From Tubulanus polymorphus (taxonomy: Eukaryota; Animalia; Nemertea), in contig NC_134028.1 in NCBI RefSeq assembly GCF_964204645.1, positions 25,230,345 to 25,294,344 on the forward strand: a DNA stretch of 64,000 nt. Reading direction: 5' to 3'. The notes beneath the pieces are model-generated. The model did not search any database, was not told where the DNA came from, and was given only the letters and a program-made list of their open reading frames with translations. Made by a program: the position numbers and the translations under genes. Below, in pieces: positions 49,060-64,000 of the stretch (its first letter is position 1; every line of letters begins with the position of its first letter).

Positions 49060-52000
49060 TACATAATTAATTCAAACAATCGTCCAACCATCCTGAACCG
49101 GTGAGCGACTGGTTGGGGACCTTAGAAATTATTCCAAAGCTATTCCAGTTCTGATGTTTTGACCTTTGAGTCAAATGAACAGTAACAAACGTAACGGTAT
49201 ATAGTATATAGATATAGGTATTATAACTCAGCTAAGGCTAACTGGTTTAATGAATGCATTTTCTTTACTGAGGAGGAATGCACACAGTCATGTACATCTC
49301 AAATGTGTGGCGAATCCCAACACTTAGCGGTGAACTACTCAAATCCGGCATCGAACGGAAGCGGAAGTGAGTTGAAGCGCCGTGGAGAGATCGAGCAATT
49401 CATCTTGTTTGCGACTGTCAGCGCGAGACGCGTCCCGAATAGGACTAGGAAATACATGTAACGAGTCGGGGATTGATACGAATTTCACCTATGAATCCGT
49501 TAAGAACATCAGGAAATATCAAAATTACGAACGGCAGGCGCCAGTGATCAGTAAGAAACATCACGAACACAGGGTCCAGTTTTACGAAAAAGCTTAAGCT
49601 TGAAACGGTTGAGATTGGCCTCATTGAAAATACAAAGTAATCAATAGACTAAATTTGAATGGAATCAGTTACCCCAGTGTCCGCGCTTATAGTTCGACTT
49701 GAATTACAATAAGTAAATTTCCAATGTTTCTATGCCTCTAATGTGAAACCCATTACAGATTTTCCATTGGGTAACTAACCCTCATTAATAACTGCGAAGA
49801 AACGGGTCCAAGAGATTTGGGTTTAGGGTGAAGAGGTAACTGGTCGTACCTGGTCATATATATCAGCAACAACCGATAGCCGAAAGCACTCGATAACCTG
49901 TCATAAAAACAAACCATTTCAGTGTTTGTTATTTGTTGTCGCTATCGTTGTCATTCCGACGATAATTCTATTTCTCGGCAGATGGGGAGACACTTGGAAA
50001 AACACAACATTCGGCGATACTAGCTTAAAAAACCAATTACCGAATGTGTCTTCTACAGATGTTTGCTCGTCTCTTTGAAGTTTTTATTGCCAATACGGAA
50101 TGAACTGCTCATTTTTGCAATTTCGTGCGTGTCGTCTTATTCCGCCGCGTGGCGTGAATCGAGTTGCCAGGTAATGATGACCGCGCCGCCATCGCAAAAA
50201 AACTAACATCTCGTCGACAAATGCAGATGCCTCGACTGAAAGCGATATTTACGGAAGCCCCTTGGTGACATACGAGATAATCTTTTCACAATTTCGACTT
50301 ATTATGTCGAAATTCGACTTTAAAAGTCGAATTTCGAGTTATTTCTAATGTCGAATTTCGAGTTATTTTTATGTCGGTGTCGGTGCGGTAACAAATTTGA
50401 CTTGTAAAATTAGCTAGAAAAAAATGAACTGATTTCGACTCAAGAGTTATGTCTAATTGTGAAACCTTGTCTAAATTTGTCAAATGTTCTGGTCCTAATA
50501 ACCACACACGCAGCCCCATTAGGTCAGTATAGTGGGTCTAATTTGCCTCGTTTTTCTCTTCGTCTTATTACTAGTCCATGGTCTAACCCATCGTGTGATC
50601 TGCTAGTGAATATTCAGACGTTTTTCGTTGGGGAAAAAAACGGAAATTATCTGCAGACTGTTTCGCAGTTGGGAGTTTCTTAGCGTTCACGTCAGTGTGA
50701 TGATGTATCGTCGGTTACAAGTTTTTAAAAACGCGAATCACCGCGTTAGCAGATCTATCACTTTAAAAGACGTCATTTAGCTCGTCTAGTTCAACTAGGC
50801 GAGGACTTTACTACCGACTGTGGCAATCGAGGATTCCGCTTGTGGCAAGCGAGCATCCATCACCAGGGTTCGCGAGAGTGCATTCGGACAACGATGCCGG
50901 ATTCCTTCTCAGATTCAACCAAAGTCGATCTTTAGTGGCTATCTTTACACATCTCATAGAATTTGAGAAATCATCGAGGTAAAAAGATCAGCGTTGATGC
51001 GCGTTTGAATTTCGCCTTTCGTCGTTTTAAACTTGGTTTCCAGAGGCTAACCGTTTGATTGTTTATTTTATCTCACGACGGCACCACGGCCTTTGTAATA
51101 ATTGCCCGCGCACTGAAAGCAGTCAACGGGACTCGAAACCTGCTCAGCACTGGGCCTTATCCCACTTAGCTCCTGAAGCTGTTCTAAGAATTCATGATTC
51201 GATCTGTCAACCCAGACGACCGCTGAGGCGGGTGAGACACGATTGGCCATACGCCCAACCAATGTAACCGCGCCGGACAGACTGACCATGCACGGCGTAT
51301 ATCAGTCACACGTTCCAGTTGTTGCTGCGCATTTCGATTTCGTATCGATATAAACTAATTGCGTTAATTATTTAATTTATGACGCAATCTTCCCCGCGCG
51401 TAAATTACTGTCAACTATTTGTGATTGAATAGCAATAACGAGACTCGGAAGTATTGCCTTGACGCTACTACATACAGCAAACAGCAGGAAACAGTTTGTC
51501 CTTGCCATTCAGGGCACGTAACTCTCGTTCAAATTGCCGACACAGTCTGAAGAGAGAAGCGGCGATCTGTGTGTGTGTGTGTGTGTGTTGTGTACAGCCC
51601 GATCAAGCGTTCTGTTCGCATCTTTGAATTTTAGAAAAATGTCTCCCAACATACGCCTGAATATGGCACTCGTAGTGCGTCATTTCCGTGGTTATAATTA
51701 CTCATTTGCGATTGATTTCACGCGATGTAACCTAACACACACTGTTGTGTCGTACATAACGGTTTGCTACTAAAAAGACGTTGCCCCGACACACTTTCAA
51801 TTCATCGTGAACGAACCCTTATTCCGTGGTTCGCATAAAAGTACCAGATCTGTTCTCTTTGTTAAGTGGCGATACAACACGATAAGTGCGGTCTACATGT
51901 GTCAGATCCCGGTAGGGTGGACACCTCATTATTACGTCATCATCGTCATTTTCTTGGTTATAGGTCTACGTGGTGACCAAGCCATGACTGTGTTATAAAA

Positions 52001-54703
52001 CTTGCTTTTATACCTCCATAAAAACTATGAACGCTTTGATAGTTTTCGTGTGATTTTCATTAGAATGAATCAAGAATATATTGATTAAAAAAGATCGCAT
52101 ATACATATACGGATACACGAATTTGTTGGTGTAGTAAGATAAAGACGCCAGGGATATTGTGTCGTCACGTGAAAAAAGACACAAGGCTTCACGACGTCTT
52201 CGTATATCTACGCCGTGGTTGGTTCATGATTTGCCGCTTGTCGCTTAATGTCGTGTCTGACGCTGAGCGCTGAGTATCAAATATCCCTCGTTGACTTGTT
52301 GACTATCGGTTGAGTACAAATTGCCGCATCCTAAACATGCATTTATTGACATACAACTGCCGCATAAAAACATCTTAACACCCGGGGTCCACAGTGCAGC
52401 GTCTTCAACGCGCCGTTAATTGTTTGAGGAAGGACAGGTCGGTAAGAAAACCGATCGTCTCCAGTCCATACGTTCGGGTTCCCTCGGCTGCGATGTTTCG
52501 CGTAAAATATGATCTAATCAACTCATCCTCGACAATAGGCCGCGAAATTATCGTCCATTTCAGATATTGGCTCGGGGAGATTTTATGTCGCATACTTACC
52601 ATTTCTTGTATTTACGCATTAAGTGTAAATTTCGTATTCGGTCGGCGTGTAGAGAACGTCTACCCGGGGAATTGTTTCGAGCCCTTGATAAGTACCGCGT
52701 ACGATACCAATCTATAGAGTGATTATTTTTTGATATAGTAACTTCCCGCCAGGGCTATCGACGCCGCGAATGACCGACGTTGTTTATGCCCGCGGTGGAG
52801 ACCGGCGAAGACGGCTTATGACGGAGATTGGTCGTATCGGCTTTAAAAGCTATCGATCGCTCTCGGGCTCGAGAAACAGATCGTGATGAGATTTAGTCGA
52901 AGAGCTACAACAGCGGAATCGACCTGTGGCATGTGTTTGTTACAACTATCTAACGTACAAACGATTCGTCGACCCTGTGAAGTGCTTACACCTGTGATTT
53001 GATCAGTCTTTTTATCGGCTTTAACTGGCGATCATTTCTCGCTGATTTGAATTCATCGCTAGTAGTTTTTTGTCGGAAATGTGTTCGCCTTTTATTCAGT
53101 GACCATTTGCTGTTCAGGTGAAGTCTGATCTGAATCCAGGGTAACAATAGCCGTGTCGTGTTCGTTTGGCAGACTCCATCTGCCGATCATTTCTTCAATA
53201 TAGAGGTTCACATCCAAAGGGCGTTGTATAGGGCCGCAACGGGGACCATGGGCCCTGGCCCAAGCAAACGATTTCGAAACCCCGTACGCCAACAAAATGA
53301 GTGACACGTTGCCGATTGCAGCAAATTACCGGCCTTCACTTCACATATCATTTACTCCTCTAGAACAGATAGTTCGCTTTAAAAACTAGCTTTTATCAAA
53401 ATCAATTGAAAGTACACCCGCCATCGGACGAAATGACGTTCTGCAATTCATCCTATACCAATGAATTTCAGTAACTATGGTCGAATTTTAGAAGAAGTAA
53501 GAACTTTCGTAAGACATCTCCTAACGCAATATTCAAACAATAAATTACATCTTATTGTCTACGTGTAGATTATTCTATTGGGTTATTGTATTTGACAAGA
53601 TAGTTAGCTTAAAGTAGATGATGATCACTGATTGTAAATTTCACCTATTGTCAAAAAAGTTATCCGACCACTCATACTTGACGGCCAATATGACGTTAAC
53701 AGTCCGAAGTGACCTATGTTGAACCCTGTATCAGGGAGAATGAGAAAGTCATTGATCGGGAATATGGAAAAAAGGACCATCATTTCTCTCAATATAGAGA
53801 CAGTTATAATGAGAAATTGATGTTCGCAGCTAAATGAGGCGTCTCATAATTTAGTTCCAATAAAAAGGTCTTTTCTCAGCGCGTTTTACCGATTCGGACT
53901 CTGTAAGCAAACGACGTCTCGACTGTGCTGTCGTCAAATAATATCTACGACCTGGGAAAGTAGTTTCTTCCTGTTACTGGCGTTCTGCGCTGATAGTTGA
54001 TCCGGTTCGTTAGAAAGCGTGCAGCTTTTCAGTCGAGCCCCATCCACGTCAGGACTGCCGTGATATAGTGCGTAACTCGATATACCAAAACCGTTAACGG
54101 CCTGACAAATAAATAGTAAGGCGCCTTGTTTTTACTCTAAAGATATGTGTACGATGTATATGTATATAAATCGACACGTCGACACGTCGACAGTCGACAT
54201 ATAATTCAATTCGAAAACGTACGCGCTTTAATTCGAAGGAAAATGTATGATGCTTGAGAAGTAACGCTTTTCACTTGCGTTCAATGATACTCAATAGCTT
54301 GAAAAAGTCACTCGGAATAAAACTGTTCGCTACTTGGAGTAAAAGGCTCTCATTGTACATTTACGAATGAATCTTGATAAAATGTACATTAAGAGCTTGA
54401 TATTTATGGAATTTGCACGATGTACATATGATTTAGAAGAGGGCGTTCCAAGCAATTCGGTAATTCGGTTTTTTTTTCACCGGGCCTATTAGCTAGATTT
54501 TTTATTCAATTCTAACCTCGTATTCTAAACTTCGATAGTAGTTATAAAATGGAAATTCATGGAATTGTCTTTTAATCTTTCTCGATCAAAATTGCGACTG
54601 TCATTGCGTAAAGAATTGTGTTAAAATACCACTCGAATATATCACATTAATAATTCGAACCTTCAGACTTAATTGTGCTGATCAATAATATTTTATGTCA
54701 TAA

Positions 54704-54793
54704 CCCATTTCCATAGTTGAGTCTAGAATTGAAATTAGTTCATTTTCAATGTTCTAACTCTCAAATTTGAAACGAGAGTGGAACTGGATTCTG
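54704..54793. mobile_element. Degenerate copy of the 114-bp MITE family
   Basis: Contains aaattagttcattttcaatg and ends in gtggaactggattctg. Confidence 0.6.
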
Positions 54794-55222
54794 ATTTTAG
54801 TTCGTTTTTATTTGCGCAATGTGGCGATGAAGCTGCAGCCAAGACATTTATTGCGTTCAGTGTTTCGATTTATATTATCATAATCAAACTCTGGTGAAAA
54901 TGTCACATTTCTGGTGTTTGTAGTTCATCGTCAATTAGAAATATCTCAGGTGAAGTCCTGAACACAAGTGTGTTGTTGATGATCAGTTTTTGAAAGGGTG
55001 CCGATAAAATGTCTAATATCTGGTAGAGTATATACATGAACGCGTGGAAAATGTGGACGATCACCTTTTGGAAGACTGCTGATAAAATGTCTGATCCCAA
55101 TATCCCGAATATACGTGAAGCATAGACGATCAGAATTTGGAAGAATGTCGATACAATCGTCCCGTGGGTTGCAGGTTACATGCTGAAGACATTTGCCTTT
55201 TATTTTCTCAAAACACGAATAC

Positions 55223-55374
<152 letters not shown>

Positions 55375-57492
55375 ATGCATGATCGCAAGATTCATTTTCT
55401 GCGCTTATTCTCTTTGAGAGATAGATATATATGATTTAATATTGCCAGTAGAAAAAGGTCAATATTTAGTCAAGTTTTAGCCGAGTACGGATCGGAATAT
55501 TTCTGTCAGTTCATTTCGACGGCTGTATAAATATAAATACTCGGCGTAGTCAATATCGGCGCGGTGCGCATATTAAAACGCAGAGGGGACAGGCGGCACT
55601 AGTAGGCATCATCAAACCCGTGCGTCGAGGTATTTTCAAATATGATCAACGCGCCGATAACACATTCCGGATCCGTAGTTTGGCCGTGTCCTCAAGGCTT
55701 ACTCGTTCAATACGCCAAGATCTCCGGTTTCGATCGTATGCTGGGAAAATAACTTTAGGATAATGATATTTTTTGAATTTGTTGTAATTACCTTCTATTC
55801 GCATTTCGATTTCTTAATTATTCCATCTGAATTGACGCTAAAGAATCTCGCTAAAAATTTGGTTTCTTAATTGCAAAACTATATTGAATCGATAAGATGT
55901 GACACCTTCTAATTATATGAATATGCAAGTAATTTTCTACATCAAGGGATACAGTATTACTCAATGTTTTAAAGTGCTACAAATATTGCGTTATAGATAG
56001 TTGAAACCTGTAAGACGCCTCCAAATGGCCCCGCTATGCTAGACTGTAACTGACGAATTCACGACGACGTCATTCATTCATTCGTACCTCCGATGACGTC
56101 ATCAGTTCGTTTATGTCCCCGTCAGCGTATATGCACAAATATACCCGTGCGTTCCTGGCTGATGGCCCGCGATCCTAAATCAGCTACACCGCTGCACCTG
56201 AAGCAGTATCTGTCCTATTGGCAACTGATATATCGTGTTACCAATCAAAGCCTACACCTCTGATCATAGCTTCATTGAGTACAAAACCGGCTAAATTCAA
56301 TCAATGTCACAGAGCGATGTGAATATCCACTGCTTCTATACCTCGTGTATACGGCACATCTTGTCATCAGACACATAACTGGTAAAAGACGAATATTTCA
56401 CGTTCCAATTATCCAGGAAATGTCAGCCTGCTCTGCGTGTATCTGCAGTCATAAATTGCCGGAGATGATGTTTATAGTTCAGGTAGAAGAAATACAGATC
56501 CGTGCCACGACCCATCCGTACATTGTATACACGTGTGTGTGTGTGTGTGTGTATGTATGATAACGAGAGTGATCGAAGAAAAACTGTCATCGAAATCGAG
56601 TTGGGACTTTGAAACAAAATGACGATGGATTCAATTCATGCTGGTGAAATATGGTGTGAATTAAAGCTGAGGAAAGTTAGTTAATGGGAAACCACAACAC
56701 CAATCACCAATCCCAAAGATGGCGCGACGAGCCTTATATCCAAATAACTTCATTCCAAAGCATAGCCATTTCTACTCGGAGTTCGGTTGATTTTTCTATA
56801 ATTACCGATTTACTTGAGAGAAAATTTGATTCGGGTTTGGGTGAAATCTATGGGAAATTGAAACGCGGAAGACCGAGTAACTACTAGCGATCCTGGTGGA
56901 TCCTCGCTTGCCACAGTAGCATCGAAAGTTCTCCGTCAGTCGCGTTGTCTCTTGAATCTCGGCCGCTTAGAACAAAAAGTGAAAATGATCACCGCTATTT
57001 AACTATTAATAGCACGCAGTTCATTTATTCGTTTCGAGCGACACTCTACGACCTGTCAACAACAGCGATGGAAAGTGACCTTGAAAATAAAGCGGGGATA
57101 TTCATGATAGATTTCCATGGATTTCGTGTCTGAAGTCGGAAACATAATTTCAATCATCAGCAGCAAACGATTCTCTCTGTTGGGTTGAAGTGGCGCTCTT
57201 TACGGCGACAAAAATGTCGGTTAAGCACATTTAGAAAATTAATTCAGATTAATTGACAGCATCGTAAACGGATTTCAGATTGATTTGCCATATTATATAT
57301 TTAAACTAACAAGTCGATTGCGGTATCTAACACGTCACTTCACAAGTCAATTCGCTATCCCGAATGAAATCGTTTTCCTAATTACCGAAATGTCAGTCAC
57401 GGTCGTTCCTGTAGTTTCTTGATAATCAAAAGTATAGTAAGAATTAGTCTTCGGGTTTCAGAACATAGCGCGGCCGGTGATGTAAGGTGCCC

Positions 57493-57595
57493 CATCTTAC
57501 CGTAGCAGGGATTCGAAGCTCTGCGACGTTTTTGACCGTGCTATCGGCGATCTCCTACTACGCCATCAGGTTCGAATATCTGCCTAGACGGGATG
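57493..57595. mobile_element. Internally deleted, degenerate relative of the 40372 element
   Basis: catcttaccgtagcagggattcgaag ... gccatcaggttcgaatatctgcctagacgggatg reproduces both termini. Confidence 0.55.
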
Positions 57596-58087
57596 AGTTG
57601 TCCATTCGCACCGGGAACAGTAGCGGTTCAGCTTATTTCCATCCTAGCAAATTAAGAACAATCATTCTGATCTTAACATCTATGACTAGTTTCGGAGTAG
57701 GCTTAGTTAGATTCGTTTTTAGTTTAGATTTGTTTTAGTGTTGTGTAGAAACTTATATTGTTTTAACTGGAAGCTCATCTATTGTTGTCCTCTTCAAAGG
57801 AACCAACAGCAGCTAATCCGAAAATTCAACAGCAAAACTCTTACCAGGTTTGAGATCGTTGTTCGTATAGCATGTAACCCTCTATATTGTTCTTGCTATA
57901 TCTTCCAAGACAATTCTTACGCACGCGGCTCACATAGCTTGAGCACTTCGTGGAGTACTTTCACGGTGAAGTACTTTTTATCAAAGTAATCGTCGAAACG
58001 AAATCATATCTCGAAGAAGTAACATGTAAGTTGTAACACGTGTGTTTTACGTGTTCAAAACCCGATGATGAGAAACAGTGAGATATA

Positions 58088-58198
<111 letters not shown>

Positions 58199-60572
58199 CA
58201 ATTTTCATCTTCTGACATTATTCAATCACGATTGAAGATGACACACGAAACTCTTTAACATATATTTCTTCTATTTGCTCACAGTCTTGTTATTCTACGG
58301 TAAAACATTAATGAACCAATATAAACGGATGCGAATGTGACAGGAGTTCTACTTGTGAATGTCTCTGAGCCCTCCCTACCGTACTGACAAATGAAACTTA
58401 TGTACGCAGCTCCCGCACTTAGGTCGGCCGCGTTCTATACTCGACGAGTAAAACCCCGGATATTCTCCAAAAGCGAACCGTGTGCGTGCGCGTCCGAGAA
58501 ATGTGCGACTAGATCACCTCTAGAATGTCGGATCTGGCCTGCATAACGGACAAACATCACGCCCCAAATATCGTGTCCCAGTTACTTTGATGAAACACTC
58601 GTATTCGGATTGTAACGACAATTTCTGTATACAATGGATAAGAAAGACTAGTCGTAACTATTAGGATATAGTCGAATCGTCGTTTAGGATATTGTCTCAA
58701 GCAAATCTTGTGGACTCGTTTTTCGTTGGGATCTTTCAACTTTTTCCTTAATTCATGACATGCTTCTCCAATTGTTGATTACTAGCACAATTTGCGACCG
58801 ATCTCGGAAATATTTCGTGAATTCTTCCAAATTTCAAAAATCTTGACCCAACTTTTAGGGGGTTCATTTGCGATGCAAAATCGATGCACCAGATCCTCGG
58901 TTGCCACAGTACCTCTGCCGGCTCAATATCTAAACCCTCCCGGTATCAAGGTCACCTGTCCTCTTACGGGGTCCTCCTTCAAAAAATGCGCTTATCTCGG
59001 ATAAGCGGCGAGTGGCAATTACGTGATAGAATGAATTAAATGGCCGATCGATCTGGACATAACTTTCCGAAGCATCCAATCTGGTTTAAGCCTCCGTCGG
59101 ATTATGGCTGGAACTTTCTCGGCGAGGGAGAAACTTTTTTCGGTGCGAGCTCCCATAAAATCGGAGAAAAAATCTAAAGAGCGTCGCGCCCGACCATTCG
59201 AGCAGTATCTTTAGGATGCACGTGATTTGTTGGCTGTCCAAATAAGTGACATAAAGTGCTAACGAAATGCTCGAGTCAATCGAACTAATAACAGAATGAA
59301 TGGCGTTCATCCCAACGATGGCGAAACATGAATTCACCATTAGCTAATAGAATCTATTGATATATACACGATTTTATGTTGTGCGTTCGCGCGCGCGCGG
59401 CGGCGGCGGCGGCCGCGGCGGCTTGTTGCAGTTTGAAATATGCCGTAAATTCACCGAGATCTCTTGTTTTGACGGATCGCTTTAAAACATCCGATGCGTC
59501 AAAACGCGGCTGCGGCAATCAATTATTGCAGAAACATTTAGCAATGATAAATCGCAATATGAAAAAGGTCAATGTCGCGATGGATCGTCTACTCCGGAAC
59601 GATAAGACGTATGACGTCACTAGCGATGCAGTTTAATCTATGATTTCTGTTGTGACTAATGTCCTATTAGTTTTATCATTTAGTCGTTTACAGCGAAGAG
59701 TGAGATAAGTATATACCGGGGACTATAGGAAATAATATGCTTGACGTGAAACAGATTTAGCGGTCGTCTTATTATATCGTTATTTATCAGTTAATGTCGC
59801 CTGCCATTTCCAAATCTGAGAAATGCTCACAATAATAAAGTCATCAATTGTCAGACGTGTATCCCGACAGAATGCTATCATGTTATGTGTTTTTACGCAT
59901 ATGTTATTCTGGTGCACCATACTCGGTCGAAACGTAATATTAGACCAGGCAACCGATCTAACAATTTGAGACCAGTCGTCTTAGTTTATTTCTAACAACT
60001 TAATACCAGTCTAATTGACAATCTGAGAACTCCAGAGCATTCTAAACCCTTTATGGTTCTATAGCAACCTGCTTATTTTGGTTCTATACCGATCTAACAA
60101 CCGTAAACCGATTTGAGGTTATAAATACTTCAAGCTTCCTAATATGTTTGGCGCTTGTGATGTAAAAATATTCATAAATTTTCCGTAGATTTGGAAAGTT
60201 GAAATTGTATATTCATCGCCGATTTTTTAAACTACTTGCATAGCTTTCATTTTAATTGTGGGTCATTTGAATTAAGAAATTTGAAAATAAAGACAGTCAC
60301 TTGGCTGGTAGACTGTCAGTATATATGATGAAATATGTATAATGATACAAGACGTAACAGTCAGTCACTCGTCTAGTCGAGTATGTTCCGAACATCCTAA
60401 TTTCTAACGCGCTGTCATTCTCTCCATTTTCGCGTCTATTTGCCGCGTAATTCGATTTGCGAAACAATCTTAGCATGAACCGAGAGCGAATCTGATTAAA
60501 CAAACTATAATGACAGGCGCAGTCGATGATGCCGTCTTATGATTTCTTATTTTCATATTGCGAAACGCGATA

Positions 60573-60853
60573 TCAGTTCACGAAATCACTTAAAATCGAG
60601 AAGTTCGTTCAACATATCTATATTATAGCCAGAACTTCTTTAGATTTCTCACTTTTCTTCTGAAAGCGCTTTTTCCAATATATTCAAAATAAAATCAATC
60701 AGTTTTCTTTTTTGTTCTAGAGTCACCAGCGACAAAAAGAAATTCTTCTGAAATGTCGAATATATATGTATTTAATTGTATGTACTAATGATTTATATCC
60801 TTTTTCTACTTTCATAATTTCCCGTCGTTCGATGTTGATTTATTCAGGTAAGT
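60573..60853 (+). promoter_or_regulatory. Candidate host first exon (initiator to splice donor)
   Basis: TCAGTT at 60573-60578 and a perfect donor CAG|GTAAGT with GT at 60848. Motif match only. Confidence 0.3.
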
Positions 60854-62545
60854 CTTTTATCTTCCATTGATTAAACAATTTCATTGATCAAAAATACGCA
60901 AAAACAACGTTAAAGCAAGAAATGTTCACAAAAAATGTTCTTGTAATCGCAGGGATCTTGTAGTATATGATTGACCTTAAATCGAAGCCTTAAATCGAAG
61001 CCTTAACCGGGCGACTAGCCCTGAGTGATATCGTAATCATACCTAGCTTAATCGGCTTCCAGAACGGACTAAATAACTCGCAAATGGCAAAAAAGACAAT
61101 TTCTAGAGAAGAGCCTCTGTCAGGTTTCTGCCAAACTGCCATATTTGTGTAACACAGACCATCTTGTAAAAGAACATACACACCTGTTTATATTCTATTT
61201 TTGTTACAACTCTCATCTCATTCTATCTACATCACATATTTTTCATTAAGACTGAACTTAATCGAAGCATAAGAATATTCCATCATTGACGGCTATATTC
61301 ATGCATTAAGTCTGTGCCACTATTCACGTAACTGAATCCTGATTGATGCATAGATGATGATGAATGCTGCAGGTTGAATACTATTGCCGCAGAAACGAAT
61401 GGAATTTTGTGCTATTTTGTCGTTGTATTTCATTATTTTGTCTCAATCTCCCGAATCATTTCTTGCGGCGGCTTTTGTTGCAATCAGTCGCCACTAATTG
61501 CTGTATCATCACTAGCCAGCGGCTAGTATCCTAATATCTAAGCTTTCTACAAACAATCCTGCTAAATTTGTTTTTAATATCTTTGTTCTAAATATTTTTA
61601 ATTATCGTTGCATCAACATGGACTCTAAAACGATTAGAGGCCATGGTTAAGATTCAATTTAGTCTTCATTGAAGAGTTCAAGTGTTTTGATCTTAAAATA
61701 GGGATTGTCCACCATACCTGTTACCTATATCTGCTGATGATAATTTGGTCTCCCCTGGCTGTCTGTCGTCAGCAATTTTCGTATTATATTATATCTTTGA
61801 GAATATGGTGAATAATAGTTTTGATCATTCGATGCCCGGTAAAATGTGGATTCGCACGGTTTTCTAAATGTCTGCTATAACTGGGGAAGATAAGCAAACG
61901 ACACCTTGCTTCGTAACGCCCGATATTCGCTTACGATGCTCTAATTAAATAGCTGTTGGTTTTTACAGTAGTTTTTGCGAGCGAGTGCCACTCGAACCAA
62001 GTGAGATATTTCACTCGAATCGCTATAATTAGGCATTAAGTTGATTTCTCTTGGGGCGAAACGTTTTTCAAGTATCTTCGATAAGCCAAAAGAAATTCTG
62101 CCGTATGCAGCCACGTAAGTTCAGCTTGCTTGTGTGTGTGTGTTTGTATATAGGAGTGTAGATACTAGATCGTACCGTTCCCTTGATGAGCTATCCCATT
62201 AAAATGTCCTAGCACGTCTAAGGTCGGTAGCGTAAATAATTTTAAGCGAGTTTTAAAAAGTCATTCGTCGCTCGCTCGGAGCGACGGTGACACCTGGAAT
62301 CCGGTTTTCATGCTCCGACGTGTCGACTTCATACGGAATAACACAGGCTTAACGAATGATTACATTCCGTGCATAGAAGAATTAATTGAAAAATCAACGA
62401 CCTTTTTTCAACTGCCAAACTTCAAATAACCTCCTGCCAATGACGTCAGTTTTGAGTTTCGGCATTTTTGCTGTGCACAGCTGCCGGGTTACGCTTTGTT
62501 TTGGCATCCCTTCATGGTTTCATATTCTTTCCGATAGAAAATCGA

Positions 62546-62610
62546 CTGGATCCAATTCAAAAGTTTTGAATGGATAGAGTTCAACTCTGAGTTGAAATAT
62601 GTCCATTTTC
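62546..62610. mobile_element. Degenerate copy of the 114-bp MITE family
   Basis: ctggatccaattc...agagttcaactctgagttgaaatatgtccatttt resembles the left half of 13283. Confidence 0.5.
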
Positions 62611-63175
62611 GATCGGATTACTTGATTTGAGTCGAATCTTTATTCAAATCTGGATTAATTTCGATTCGTTTGCCAATAGTTTGCATGCTATTCTTTGTAA
62701 CGAATTTTATCCAAATCCAAGGGTAATTCCCATCAAGTCAGAAAATAACCTCTTAAATTTATTCCGCTGTCTGAATATTTTCCAAAGCGCTAGCTGATCC
62801 TTCGAAAAACATAAATTCATATATTCAATATTCATGAAAAGCCACTGTTTTACAATTTAAAAAATCTATAAGCGAAGTATACTAAAATGAAAAAAAATAA
62901 ATAAAGGGGGCACGAAGTTTCATGTTCTCACCGGAGACGATCGCCCTTGTTTATTATTCAGCCATGGCGTTTACTGGATTCTAGTAATTAAAAACCTTTG
63001 ACGGAATCGTTTCTCGGTTCGCGTATTACGTAATACCTTATCATATGACGATAGAGTTTTTGTTGCCATGTACTTTTTCGACAAGACTGTTCCATTTAAC
63101 ATTCCATATCTAACTTACACAATACGTGATTTTACACGATAGTTTACCTCGAAAATAATATTTTGTAAATCCCTT

Positions 63176-63317
63176 AGACCAAGTTGCACAGTCGCGACCA
63201 TGTCCAAAATTGTATCAAATCTTTAAGCTTTTCGCAAGTTCGTACAATGGCTATCCATCTAACCTGGTCTTAAATCTATGATAAATCTAAGATTATCCCG
63301 ACTGTGCAACTTGACCC
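63176..63317. mobile_element. ~140-bp MITE-like element
   Basis: 15-bp perfect TIR caagttgcacagtcg / cgactgtgcaacttg. Related degenerate sequence lies at 31267-31385 and 10119-10247. Confidence 0.7.
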
Positions 63318-63942
63318 TGATTATATTTTGTTGTTTTATGTATGGCCCCAGTCCCTAGCACCGGTTGGTAAAGGCAACTATGGCGCCACGAGCAGGAAGG
63401 ACCTCAATAATGCCAATGAAAAAGAGACACTATTTCACTTGTCGAATATTTTGTTATTCTCTGCAAATAGTGATTGCATTCTCTCTCACTAATAACGATC
63501 GACGATAGCGATACCGAGTACAATATCTATTTTAAGCATTCACGTGAAGTGCTCGTTGAAACAGTCAACGTTAAGCAGTATTTATCCCTTCAGATTTCGA
63601 ATATATATTGTATATTGTACAGACAATATAGCGTAGCTGATCATATGGCAAATGTGTGTTGATTCGGTGCGTGTGGGTGACAGGGAATGCCAACGCTGTT
63701 TAAGAAATATTTCAAGCCTCACCTTTTTTTGAAAGAAACAATGTATTTGATTAGATAGTGTCGTTTGTTCAATCAATTTCTATCAAATTATTTGGTCATT
63801 GTTTTGAACTGAATTGAAAGTGTGATCCCGTATCATATTTGATACTAATACTAGCGCTCTATAATGATTACCGTTGTAATTAATACGCTATATGGGAAAA
63901 AAATTAATTGTCATTATTAGACTTCTAGTAGTAGCGGTATTA

Positions 63943-64000
<58 letters not shown>
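63943..64000. repeat. (CTG)n trinucleotide repeat running off the window end
   Basis: Seen directly. Confidence 0.98.

Noticed and set aside
63943-64000. Poly-Gln/Ala/Leu coding exon
   Set aside because: No supporting ORF or splice context is visible and the repeat is cut by the window edge.

Overview
This is AT-rich, gene-poor animal DNA, probably from a bilaterian invertebrate, and reads as intronic or intergenic sequence with microsatellites, small TIR elements (MITE-like) and Penelope-type hammerhead remnants. No host protein-coding exon could be identified with confidence. The dominant feature is a young, full-length ~6.7 kb tyrosine-recombinase retrotransposon (DIRS order, Ngaro-like) at 42369-49059 on the + strand. 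It has split direct repeats A1...B1-A2-spacer-B2 and encodes gag (CCCH+CCHC), RT/RNase H (split by one extra T in a T7 run) and YR. Its unusual parts are an SGNH hydrolase ORF placed 5' of gag and followed by A36, a 54-bp hairpin minisatellite with a 3-unit higher-order pattern, and four hairpins in repeat B that share the loop AGCWGGGGC on covarying stems. All alignments were made by eye and no database search was run.
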